Shown piece by piece: positions 38,399 to 47,088 of a stretch of 64,000 nt of DNA; within the stretch, counting starts at the first letter, position 1; every line of letters starts with the position of its first letter. The notes beneath the pieces are model-generated. The model was not told the origin of the DNA, searched no databases, and worked only from the letters and a program-made list of their open reading frames with translations. Source of the DNA: a virus (taxonomy: Duplodnaviria > Heunggongvirae > Uroviricota > Caudoviricetes). Made by a program: the position numbers and the translations under genes. The DNA lies in the IMG/VR virus record IMGVR_UViG_3300025133_000019; one strand, 5' to 3'.

Positions 38399-38638
38399 AT
38401 GCCAATGGAAATATTCATGATAGCCATGTTATTCTTCCCTCTTGATGCTCATGCGTTAGAGCACAAGATGGTTGCAGTGATATGTAGTTGTAGGACTAAC
38501 ATCCAGGTTCCCATTGAGTTTGCCGTGAAAGAAGGTGAACCGTCCAAGAGTTTTCGAGCTGATATACTGGCCAATAAAGTATTCAAAGGAATACGAATAG
38601 GCTTCCCGAAAATTCAGGCTATACGGGAATACGGATGA
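38399..38638 (+). CDS. Hypothetical protein
   Basis: AAAGGA upstream; followed by terminator 38683-38711. Confidence 0.55.
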   Translation: MPMEIFMIAMLFFPLDAHALEHKMVAVICSCRTNIQVPIEFAVKEGEPSKSFRADILANKVFKGIRIGFPKIQAIREYG

Positions 38639-38778
38639 CCCCCATCGCTTAAAAGCAGTGGATAATAACAAGAAACGAAGTAGCCGGGGATTAATTTCCT
38701 CGGCTTTTTTTGTTTTCTCACTTTTCCCACTTGACCGAGTATCCGGGCTATTAAGTATGAAGGAACAAAGGAGGAATT

Positions 38779-39057
38779 ATGTCCACAAAAGAAGGACTGC
38801 AAGAGGAATTCCTTGCTTACCCTAAGCAAGTTTTCAACGGAAATGTATTGAACTATCACGTAGGCAAAGAAGGAGAGCAGTGGTTTCTTACTGACAATAG
38901 AGGAAATCAGTCCACGTTCACCTGCTTTGATGACGTGTGGAGTTGGTACGTTGGCATGGCCTCGGGATTGATAGCCAGTACCGGAATTATAAACTCGGAA
39001 TTACTTAAATCTCTATCGCTAACTACTTACAGACTACAAAAATTCTGTATGGCATAA
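38779..39057 (+). CDS. Hypothetical protein
   Basis: AGGAGG SD after promoter A. Confidence 0.7.
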   Translation: MSTKEGLQEEFLAYPKQVFNGNVLNYHVGKEGEQWFLTDNRGNQSTFTCFDDVWSWYVGMASGLIASTGIINSELLKSLSLTTYRLQKFCMA

Positions 39058-39473
39058 AGCAATAGATCTTTTGAGTATCAAACAACCTGACATAGATTTC
39101 AGGGATTATGACCTTAATTCTGTAAATCCATCTGCCAAAGATAAAGTAGCAGGATTTATGGTTGTATTTCAACACCTTAAAAATGGACACGATAAAAAGA
39201 TTTTTTTGTCTGACCTACAAATTTTAATGGGTGATGACGAGTGGCAAAAAGCTGTGGCCGAAAAACTTAAGGCTAACAAAAAAGAGGAAGCAGCTAATAA
39301 ATTATAGGAAACCTTCGAAAGTTTCCATTCAATGTATCCCGAGGAAGCCAAAAACTGGCTGCAAGGTATCATGCCGAAAGTAACCCTGTTCACCTTACTT
39401 TTCTCACTTGATCCGGCATCTTGAATCCTATACGTATAGAACACATAAATTTAAATTTCCAGGAGGATTTACA

Positions 39474-39863
39474 ATGACCAATTTTACTTTTCCTGAATTC
39501 GGTATTATCTCTGATATGCACAAGGACGCATACGGGTTTCGGCCCAGGATTGCATGGTCGAATTATACCGATGAGCAAAAACAAGCTTATTGGGAAAACC
39601 TTCAAAAGTCTTGCGAACTAGAATTCGCAAGGCAAGAGGAAGACGAGGCACGAAGAATCAAAGCGTTTGAAGCCCTGATTCTTCGCACCATGGAGCATGG
39701 GGCTGAAAACAGGTCCACAGCTTTACGGTGGATTGCTGATGGGGAAATACAGGACAAAAGTTCTCAAGCACACTGCGAGCCTGGAAGCTATTTATGCTAT
39801 AGCTTCGGACTTCCTTACGGAACCTATAAAAAGGAAATTGACGACTCCTTTCGAGCAGCATAG
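39474..39863 (+). CDS. Conserved phage protein (SD.HKDAYGFRPR family)
   Basis: ISDMHKDAYGFRPR...GA.NR.TALRWI; terminator 39871-39898. Confidence 0.8.
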   Translation: MTNFTFPEFGIISDMHKDAYGFRPRIAWSNYTDEQKQAYWENLQKSCELEFARQEEDEARRIKAFEALILRTMEHGAENRSTALRWIADGEIQDKSSQAHCEPGSYLCYSFGLPYGTYKKEIDDSFRAA

Positions 39864-39963
39864 CAAATTGGCCGGGGAGCTAATCCCCGGCTTTTTTTGT
39901 TTCTCGCCTCGATTTTCCCGCTTGATCGAATATTCGGAATACTAGTTTTGAAAGGATGGTGTT

Positions 39964-40290
39964 ATGAATACCAAGAGTTTTTTAATTAGTTTACATAAGA
40001 AGGCACACGGATACGTATGTTCCCCAAGATTCTGGGGACAGTTCTTAAACGCTAGCTTGCCTAGACAGCAAGTAATCATAGCAAGGCTTGCCGTGCAAGC
40101 CAAAAAAACCGAGGCGAATCGAGCTGAGTACGACTCAGAAAAGCGTCAAGAATTCAACGAGAAAATCATAAAAATAGTTGAACTAGGCGCAAAATCCAGA
40201 AAGCAAGCTATGAAGTGGCTAGCTGATTCCGAGGGGTTTGAATCTGTGGACTATATGCTCCACGCTTACAATATACCCGTCGTGGTATAA
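39964..40290 (+). CDS. Diverged paralog of 39474-39863
   Basis: ISLHKKAHG...ELGAKSRKQAMKWLADSE. Confidence 0.75.
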   Translation: MNTKSFLISLHKKAHGYVCSPRFWGQFLNASLPRQQVIIARLAVQAKKTEANRAEYDSEKRQEFNEKIIKIVELGAKSRKQAMKWLADSEGFESVDYMLHAYNIPVVV

Positions 40291-40303
40291 TTAAGGGGAA
40301 ACC

Positions 40304-40642
40304 ATGCTATACAAAGTTTTTCAAGTCAATTTAACTCAGGCAGAATCCGCCCTTGTAAATTCGGGTGTCAAGATTCCAAGGTTTGAATTTTACAAGCAGG
40401 TTGCTATGCCTATGAGCGACGAACCCGTAGGAGATTTAATCCGTAGAAACTGGAGCTATTTCGAGCACACAGCTAATATTGATGCCAATAGTCTGGAGGG
40501 AGTTTTTCAAGTAGGAAACATCGGTCCAGAAGACTCGATAACTAGACTCCAGCCGATGACTAGCGTGTCAGTCGGTAATGTGATTGAAGATCCACAAGGA
40601 TTCCGCTGGTACGTGGCTCCAACGGGATTCGAGGCGGTATGA
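40304..40642 (+). CDS. YodL-like protein
   Basis: SLEGVFQVGN...TSVSVGNVI...YVAPTGF. Confidence 0.7.
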   Translation: MLYKVFQVNLTQAESALVNSGVKIPRFEFYKQVAMPMSDEPVGDLIRRNWSYFEHTANIDANSLEGVFQVGNIGPEDSITRLQPMTSVSVGNVIEDPQGFRWYVAPTGFEAV

Positions 40643-41063
40643 TAGTACTTGAGGTTTTGGGCTTAATTATCCTTGGTATTCAGACTCTCAGAGCATATAT
40701 AACTCTGAGAGTCATATCTAGCTACTGCGCAATCTCGGCTCGTTGTCATGTTAAAATTTTGGAAGAATTGGAGAAACTGAAATGAGCCAAAAAGTCTGCA
40801 GAATCATATATGGGCCTGACAAAGAAAACACAAGTTTATCGGGGATGGTCCTCGCTAAACACTTAACCAAGCATATCGCCGGGGCTTTGCATACGTTGCC
40901 TACAAAGAAACCGACGAGCAGTACTAAGGACATTGAAATTTTTAGGAAGGGGAAATGATGATCCACGATCATACAGAACTAGCAAAGGAATACTTGAGTA
41001 AGTCAGCCTCGATTTTCCCACTTGATCGAATATTCGGAATACTAGTTTTGAAAGGATGGTGTT

Positions 41064-41408
41064 ATGAATACTAAAACTCGCTTCGTGGTTACTGCTAATG
41101 AAAAATTTTTCATTAGAGAGGCCATGCTCCACAAACCGGAATTTAAAAGTGAAACCGTTATGTATCGAATCATCGAAGATTTTGATAATCAGTACCGAAT
41201 GATTATCGAGATTCCTAACGGTGACCCAGAAGAAAAGAGGGTCATTAATTTTTACTTGAAAAACTCCAGAATGGATATTGTTAACCAAGATCAAAAGGAT
41301 CTGGGGCCAATCGCTGGAGAATACAGCCTCACGCATAAAGGTGAGGTATACACAATTCGAGTCTTAGTTGGGCCTAACCAAGAAGAAGGAGGAAATCATG
41401 TTTACTAA
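41064..41408 (+). CDS. Hypothetical protein
   Basis: Promoter/RBS block nearly identical to 39906-39971. Confidence 0.7.
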   Translation: MNTKTRFVVTANEKFFIREAMLHKPEFKSETVMYRIIEDFDNQYRMIIEIPNGDPEEKRVINFYLKNSRMDIVNQDQKDLGPIAGEYSLTHKGEVYTIRVLVGPNQEEGGNHVY

Positions 41409-41423
41409 CTTTTGACAACAAAT

Positions 41424-41467
41424 AGGAGGGTCCGGTTCCTGCGATGAGTACGGAACCGGACCCTCCT
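41424..41467. other. Perfect 16-bp stem, 12-nt loop hairpin
   Basis: aggagggtccggttcc / ggaaccggaccctcct. Confidence 0.85.
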
Positions 41468-41646
41468 CATATGTACAAAACTGAACTGATCTAGAGTTGT
41501 ACACACGTTCCTGGTAATGTACGTCCAGAACTAAGTACCCCCCTCTAGAGCAGTTTTTCCCTTTTTTTCGAAAAACATGTGGCTCGGGTCACATATATAA
41601 AATTTCGATTTTTCAAAAAAAGTAAATCCGGACTCTTAAAAGGTAG

Positions 41647-41894
41647 ACAAATAATTAAATTCTACCGAGAAAAGAGTACTACTAATCCTGGTAACCCTGA
41701 TTCTACCGTTCTCTTACACCCACGCAAAATAACTGTTTTTCACGAAACCCCCGCAGAAATAACTCTTTTACCACTGAAATAACTGTTTTTCACGCCAACC
41801 TCCCTGTAATAACTATCCAAAAAATCCAGGCTATACAAATAATTAAATTCTATCGACATAACAGTACTATTAATCTCGGGAACCCTGATTCCAC
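41647..41894. repeat. Iteron-like cluster: two 60-bp direct repeats flanking four phased (A/T)AATAACT boxes
   Basis: 41647-41706 vs 41835-41894 (51/60 by hand); boxes at 41727, 41757, 41777, 41807. Confidence 0.85.
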
Positions 41895-41927
41895 GGTAAC
41901 CCCCAACCAGTTAATAAACACAGGGGC

Positions 41928-41956
41928 ATGACAACATCTGGATTATCTGTTATACT
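41928..41956 (+). promoter_or_regulatory. Sigma70-type promoter with leaderless geometry
   Basis: ATGACA-N17-TATACT with TG extension; ATG 41963 at the predicted +1. Confidence 0.6.
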
Positions 41957-41962
41957 TAGAGT

Positions 41963-42540
41963 ATGAAGACGACTGACCTAGACAAACTAACCGCTATTCA
42001 AAAAGCCGGGATACTTGCTAACCTGGAAACATCTGCTTATTCGAATGGTGGAGACGAACTTGTGAGTTTTGTTAACAATTTTGTTAACTTGTCTATAAAT
42101 AATGAATTCTGGTCTTCACAAGTTAATTTACATATTAAAATGTTTGGCGTAGAATTAGATATTCCTGAGAATACTAAACCTGAGCATTGGCCTTTTTACC
42201 GTGCATAGGGGATAAAATATTCATTACAAAAGGTGTAGCAAACCGTGGAGTAAAGGTTGCAGGAGTACGTCCTGAGCTTGATATGATTAATTTTAATCTG
42301 GGTGGTATAGCAGGTCATAAATTTTCTAAGGCAAACTGGATTAACTGCTTTTTTACCAAAGAATCTGGGAAACAAGACCTAGATACTGCTACGTATATTG
42401 TGGCTAGGGAACACGTGGTTTCCAAAGGAATCGAGGTTTTTTCCAGAACTCCCAGTAAACAGGATGCCCTGGATTACCGGGATGTTCTTAATAAAAATCA
42501 GGGTTCCGTGTTTAAGGTGTACCAGGAAATAAAGAGGTAG
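41963..42540 (+). CDS. HWPF-domain protein split by a -1 frameshift at the T5 run 42193-42197
   Basis: Joined reading HWPF-LPCIGDKI restores the HWPFxPxxG motif of its paralogs. Confidence 0.65.
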
Positions 42541-42542
42541 TA

Positions 42543-42875
42543 ATGAAGACTTGTCCATTTTGTGGTAGTAGTAAGGTTAAGCCCAGTTTTAACGAGTATG
42601 ATATGAATGTGATTCGGTGTACTGGGTGTCATGCCACCGGACCAATGTGCGATGGGGAATTACACGCCCAGGAAAAGTGGGATACTCGTGTAACATGGAA
42701 TACCTGCTTTAAAAATATAGGTAAAATAGAAGGTCCTATTTTAGTAAAAGATTCTAGTGACATACCATTTGTAGTACAACAAGTTGCTGTAGATCACGAA
42801 ACTTATCGCTGGAGTGATGGTTATAATTTTTATGAATTAACTCAGTTTAAAGCGTGGTCTTCCCTAGGAATATAG
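42543..42875 (+). CDS. Lar-family restriction-alleviation-like protein
   Basis: KTCPFCGS...CTGCHATGP...A..KWDTR. Confidence 0.75.
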   Translation: MKTCPFCGSSKVKPSFNEYDMNVIRCTGCHATGPMCDGELHAQEKWDTRVTWNTCFKNIGKIEGPILVKDSSDIPFVVQQVAVDHETYRWSDGYNFYELTQFKAWSSLGI

Positions 42876-43309
42876 TGATAAACGCAAATACCAAAAAAAC
42901 TAGTGTGTCAAACGAACACAAAAAAGTTTGTTGTATATGTGGAGTTACTATTACTAGTGAGGCTTGTTTATATGGTCTTAAGAACCGTAGTACTACGGTT
43001 TATGTTCACCGGGAATGCGCATATACTCCTTATACACATAGTTTACAAGCGTGTAAATATTGTGAGCAAATAATATCACCTTATGATCGCAGCGGACTAA
43101 TCTTCGAGGATTCTCTATTTCACTTGAACTGCTTAATAAGAAGTTCCTCTGTTCATAAGGTTTGTGATAAGTGTGAAGGTTTAATAACTCCGTATAATAA
43201 TGGATGTGCTTATGGGAGCCACTTTTTTCATTACAAATGCCTAGAAAAAAAGGAACTTGGTCATAACAATTCAGACAACAAGACATCTATAAAGGACCCG
43301 AAAAAGTAG
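42875..43309 (+). CDS. CxxC-TP[YF]-HxxC repeat protein 1 (3 modules)
   Basis: CCIC/HREC, CKYC-ISPY-HLNC, CDKC-ITPY-HYKC; start uncertain. Confidence 0.8.
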   Translation: MINANTKKTSVSNEHKKVCCICGVTITSEACLYGLKNRSTTVYVHRECAYTPYTHSLQACKYCEQIISPYDRSGLIFEDSLFHLNCLIRSSSVHKVCDKCEGLITPYNNGCAYGSHFFHYKCLEKKELGHNNSDNKTSIKDPKK

Positions 43310-43315
43310 AGTGTT

Positions 43316-43744
43316 ATGTCTGTGTATGCCAAGAAAACTAGTATTCACTTTGATAACTCGGTCTGTTATTTATGTGGACGAGTTATTATTGGGCCACCAA
43401 GTTTATACGGAATACAAAACTCTATGGTACTAAAGTTTGTACACCAGGAATGTGAATTCATTGCGTATACAGATAACCTAGAAGTCTGTTGGATTTGCGA
43501 TGAGATAATAACTCCCTATAGTGACTCTATAATAAGACACGGATTAAAAATATCGCACAAAAAATGTGCGTTAGAGCAAATCCCTGTGCTAAGAAGTTGT
43601 AGAGAATGTGGTGGCCTGTTAACTCCTTATAATCCTGGGTACACAGGAATTCACGACTCGTGCGTCGGAAAAGACGTGCCAAACAACGGTCATAAAACTA
43701 ATGTGTTTCAACAAGATCCTAATAATAAGAAAGGTTTGATATGA
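43316..43744 (+). CDS. Repeat protein 2 (3 modules)
   Basis: CYLC/HQEC, CWIC-ITPY-HKKC, CREC-LTPY-HDSC. Confidence 0.8.
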   Translation: MSVYAKKTSIHFDNSVCYLCGRVIIGPPSLYGIQNSMVLKFVHQECEFIAYTDNLEVCWICDEIITPYSDSIIRHGLKISHKKCALEQIPVLRSCRECGGLLTPYNPGYTGIHDSCVGKDVPNNGHKTNVFQQDPNNKKGLI

Positions 43745-44859
43745 CCGAAGAAGTTTGTAAAATATGTTCAGGAACTGGAGTTATGTATATCAACGAGGGG
43801 CACGGATGTAACTTGTCTCAAGAGAGTTTTCCATGTCCTATGTGTAATGAAGAAATAAGAAAAGTTGTGGAAGACTATACTACCGAGTTAACTAGCCATT
43901 GGCCATTTACCCCTTGTCCAGGTGACTATCTTAGGGTAAGCGGTCCTGATACTCAGGATTTTATAGCACAAGTTGCTAAAATCCTGTATCCCGGTATAAT
44001 AACATTTGAAGGTGAAAGCGAACTACTCAGTAATTTTAATAAAGAGTTCTGGGATTTAGGGTGGAGCTTTAAAAAAGTATGTGGCCCTGAGTCAAGCCTG
44101 GAATTCCAGGAAGACGGAGAAATCCTGCTATCTTTGCGATCTCGTGACGGGAACGAAGTGCAATTCCAAACACTAGGAAACGGAAAAGCTAGAATTGATA
44201 TTAGCACAGATGAGAGTTATGATATTGTCTATACTGATTTAAGCATACTTAAAGAATTTGTAGACGAAGCTACCGAGCCAGAAGAATATTCGATCCGTTT
44301 AATCGAGGGAGATCAAGAATGGGGAACGCCCCAAGATGTTGTAGAGATAAAGCCTAGTCTAGAGGATACTGAAGACTCTAAACACTGGCCCTTTATTCCT
44401 AGTGTAAATCAAAAAATTAGGATACAAGGTCCTGCCATGACAACTCAAGAAGTCGTGGTAATAGAGATTATTGATCCCATAACAATTAAATATGCAGACA
44501 AAAGAGGTGAGACTTCTCGCTGCGATTTTGATGCAGCAGGATGGGGAGTAGGATGGAAATTCGAAGCCATCGAAGAAAGCGGGGCTGACAAAATTCGCAG
44601 AGAATTTTCTAAAGAGAATTGTTTTTATTATATGGAAGAAGAAGTTTTTGATAAAGCAAGAGTTAGCAATAACCCTGTTTCCATATTCCTCGGTAGCCAG
44701 AATCTTGAGTTATGTGAAGTACTCTGGCTCATTCAAAAGGAAAAGTTTTTATTTGAAGACTTTGAGTGGTTAATGGGAGGTGCATCTAACTGGTACACTT
44801 TTCAATCGGAGTTCTCGATTTCTGCTCATAACAAGCACCCCTTTAGATTTAAGTGGTAA
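43741..44859 (+). CDS. Multidomain protein: DnaJ-like Cys motif plus two HWPF domains
   Basis: CKICSGTG..CPMC; HWPFTPCPGD, HWPFIPSVNQ. Confidence 0.75.
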   Translation: MTEEVCKICSGTGVMYINEGHGCNLSQESFPCPMCNEEIRKVVEDYTTELTSHWPFTPCPGDYLRVSGPDTQDFIAQVAKILYPGIITFEGESELLSNFNKEFWDLGWSFKKVCGPESSLEFQEDGEILLSLRSRDGNEVQFQTLGNGKARIDISTDESYDIVYTDLSILKEFVDEATEPEEYSIRLIEGDQEWGTPQDVVEIKPSLEDTEDSKHWPFIPSVNQKIRIQGPAMTTQEVVVIEIIDPITIKYADKRGETSRCDFDAAGWGVGWKFEAIEESGADKIRREFSKENCFYYMEEEVFDKARVSNNPVSIFLGSQNLELCEVLWLIQKEKFLFEDFEWLMGGASNWYTFQSEFSISAHNKHPFRFKW

Positions 44860-44871
44860 CGAAGGATAACC

Positions 44872-45519
44872 ATGAAACTAGAGCATTTCGAAATAACATT
44901 TTTTGTAGACTCTGTGAATAGACGGATTATTATTGGCCGGGGAAGTTTTGAGGTCTACAATTTGTTAACCCTTGAATTCCGGGGGTCTCAAACCGAAATC
45001 ACTATTCATAAAAACAAGGCACCTGTTTTGCTAGGAAAAACTGTTGACATAGAAAAGATGTATTCCAAATGCGAATCCTACGAAGCAGCAATAGCCTTGA
45101 TGACTGACCTTTTAACCCGAGAAGCTGAGCGTATCGAACTAAAGAAAGACTCTCTTAATAACTACTACAAAAACGAAGGCGAGGCCCCGTGGTTAAATCC
45201 TGTTGAGTCTTTTGATAAAATAGAGTATATGTGTACTACTGATCTTTTGCTGAAAAAAGATATGACTCCAGGAGTTGTCTATTTAGCTCCAAAGGATGAT
45301 CCCAAATGGCTAGGACTTTTTTGTCCGTGTGGAGGGTGCAACCCTTTTAGAACCATAACACTAAATGTAAGTCCGGGGCATCCTAGTACTTATACTTATG
45401 AATTCAATGAAGCAGGTGAAATCAGTGTATCTCCAGAAATAAAAGAGATAAATTGTGACTCCCGGTTCACCATAACCAAAGGAAAAGTTGTGTGGCACAG
45501 TGACTCTCCTGAGAAATAG
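44872..45519 (+). CDS. Protein with C-terminal DUF6527-like domain
   Basis: FCPCGGC...SVSPEI...CDSRFTITKGKVVW. Confidence 0.65.
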   Translation: MKLEHFEITFFVDSVNRRIIIGRGSFEVYNLLTLEFRGSQTEITIHKNKAPVLLGKTVDIEKMYSKCESYEAAIALMTDLLTREAERIELKKDSLNNYYKNEGEAPWLNPVESFDKIEYMCTTDLLLKKDMTPGVVYLAPKDDPKWLGLFCPCGGCNPFRTITLNVSPGHPSTYTYEFNEAGEISVSPEIKEINCDSRFTITKGKVVWHSDSPEK

Positions 45520-45588
45520 ATAACCAAGAACCTCAAAATATTCATAGAATAAAAAGAATTGCTTCCAACTTAAAGAAACACCGAATAA

Positions 45589-45984
45589 ATGAAAGCTACA
45601 GGTAACATAAACAGACAGTTAAACAAAGGAGAGAACGAATCCGTAAGCCTTGCTGAACATATAGTTTCGTCGGAACTGACTAAGTGTAAGTATTGCGGGG
45701 ACTTGCTAACTCCGTACTCCGAATACACTTATGATTACAGCCACGCAAAATCCCGCTTCAAATCTAAAGTTGCTCATGTGTATTGTATTTTCTCTGAAAA
45801 AAACGTGGGAAAACCTTGTATTGTTTGTAATCAAATTCTAACGCCTTACAATATGGGACAGTCAAAATCTATCTATCGAAGAGCCCCTGTTCATTTGAAC
45901 TGTCTACCCACTAAAGAAGAAATGGATAGAACTAGAAATTCAAAAGGAATTGAAGACCGCAAAACTAAAGTTAGGGATGACTAG
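45589..45984 (+). CDS. Repeat protein 3 (2 modules)
   Basis: CKYC-LTPY-HVYC, CIVC-LTPY-HLNC. Confidence 0.8.
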   Translation: MKATGNINRQLNKGENESVSLAEHIVSSELTKCKYCGDLLTPYSEYTYDYSHAKSRFKSKVAHVYCIFSEKNVGKPCIVCNQILTPYNMGQSKSIYRRAPVHLNCLPTKEEMDRTRNSKGIEDRKTKVRDD

Positions 45985-45986
45985 TT

Positions 45987-46346
45987 ATGGCTGATATCTT
46001 CGATAATAAAACCTATGGTTTCATATTTATGGACTCCAACAAAAGCTTCGGGAGAGTACGTAAAAGTTTTGTGTATTGTTTTTACTGTAGCAAAAGATTA
46101 ACCCCTTACTCTAATTACAAGGTTTATTACACTCATAATACAGGAAACCAAGCTTTTCATGACGGGTGTTTTGTCCTGGTCAATAAAATAGGAGGGTCGT
46201 GTTCAATATGTGATAAACCAATCACTCCTTTTGAGGGTGAGGAGGTTATAGCAGGCCACCTTAACAATATCTATCATAGATCCTGTCTTTTCGATGAATC
46301 CGGGTCCATAGATGAAGGTGAGAACGATAATAAAGGCTTGGAATGA
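45987..46346 (+). CDS. Repeat protein 4 (2 modules)
   Basis: CFYC-LTPY-HDGC, CSIC-ITPF-HRSC. Confidence 0.8.
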   Translation: MADIFDNKTYGFIFMDSNKSFGRVRKSFVYCFYCSKRLTPYSNYKVYYTHNTGNQAFHDGCFVLVNKIGGSCSICDKPITPFEGEEVIAGHLNNIYHRSCLFDESGSIDEGENDNKGLE

Positions 46347-46708
46347 AAGAGTTGGAAAACCGAAAAACTGATATAAATCTATACAGCCCTAATTCAAGGA
46401 AGCTAATAATTTCAGATCCTGTAGTCACAAAACACCAAGCTTGTGACCACTGCGGTGCAATTTTAACTCCGTACTCTAAATTTATTAAGAAATTTAAATA
46501 CCCTGATCGTTACGTGTCGGTTCATATCAAGTGTTTTGCGATAGTTGATATGTTAGGCAAGCACTGCGATATTTGTGGATACTTAATAACTCCTTATAAC
46601 AGAGAACAACTCTCCAGAGGGCGTGATGGAGTCGTATATCATATTTCTTGCTTAGAGGAGTCGTGGAAGGCTCTTTTCACTGTAAAAGATAGTAAGGTGT
46701 TAGAATGA
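46343..46708 (+). CDS. Repeat protein 5 (2 modules)
   Basis: CDHC-LTPY-HIKC, CDIC-ITPY-HISC. Confidence 0.8.
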   Translation: MKELENRKTDINLYSPNSRKLIISDPVVTKHQACDHCGAILTPYSKFIKKFKYPDRYVSVHIKCFAIVDMLGKHCDICGYLITPYNREQLSRGRDGVVYHISCLEESWKALFTVKDSKVLE

Positions 46709-47088
46709 GTAAAGACGTTGTTCAACTGGATAGGGACATTAATAAACAAACCTCTTATATCTACGAAACAAGTAGGAAGACTGATGTTGACGTAAATATA
46801 AATATTATGGATTGTGTTTACTGTGGATACAGGCTGACTCCTTATTCTGGTATTACTGCTTACCATAATCACTCCAAAAGAGTTGCCAAAAGTCATCTTA
46901 AATGTTGGAATGATAGGTACAAGACAGGCACTCTATGTATACTCTGTAATGTCCTAATAACACCCTTCGATAACTTAGTGGTGTTTAAAATTAATGAATG
47001 CTTTTGTCATGAGGTCTGCTGGGAAGAGGATTCTGGAAAATCCGTGGCAAAAAGAAATGTTGATAAAAACGCAAATAAGACGTTATGA
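46705..47088 (+). CDS. Repeat protein 6 (2 modules)
   Basis: CVYC-LTPY-HLKC, CILC-ITPF-HEVC. Confidence 0.8.
   Translation: MSKDVVQLDRDINKQTSYIYETSRKTDVDVNINIMDCVYCGYRLTPYSGITAYHNHSKRVAKSHLKCWNDRYKTGTLCILCNVLITPFDNLVVFKINECFCHEVCWEEDSGKSVAKRNVDKNANKTL

Larger units (their letters stand above)
35995..41050 (+). promoter_or_regulatory. Promoter-A family, 9 rightward copies
   Basis: TTGA core at 36010, 36322, 37131, 37527, 38047, 38731, 39408, 39922, 41022; same N12 spacing to a TAYTAR-like hexamer. Confidence 0.85.

Noticed and set aside
40683-40713. 11-bp perfect inverted repeat gactctcagag/ctctgagagtc
   Set aside because: Single instance inside a small ORF with no U tract; no function can be supported.
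41579-41782. 67-aa ORF in the repeat region
   Set aside because: It has no SD and simply translates the iteron-like repeats.
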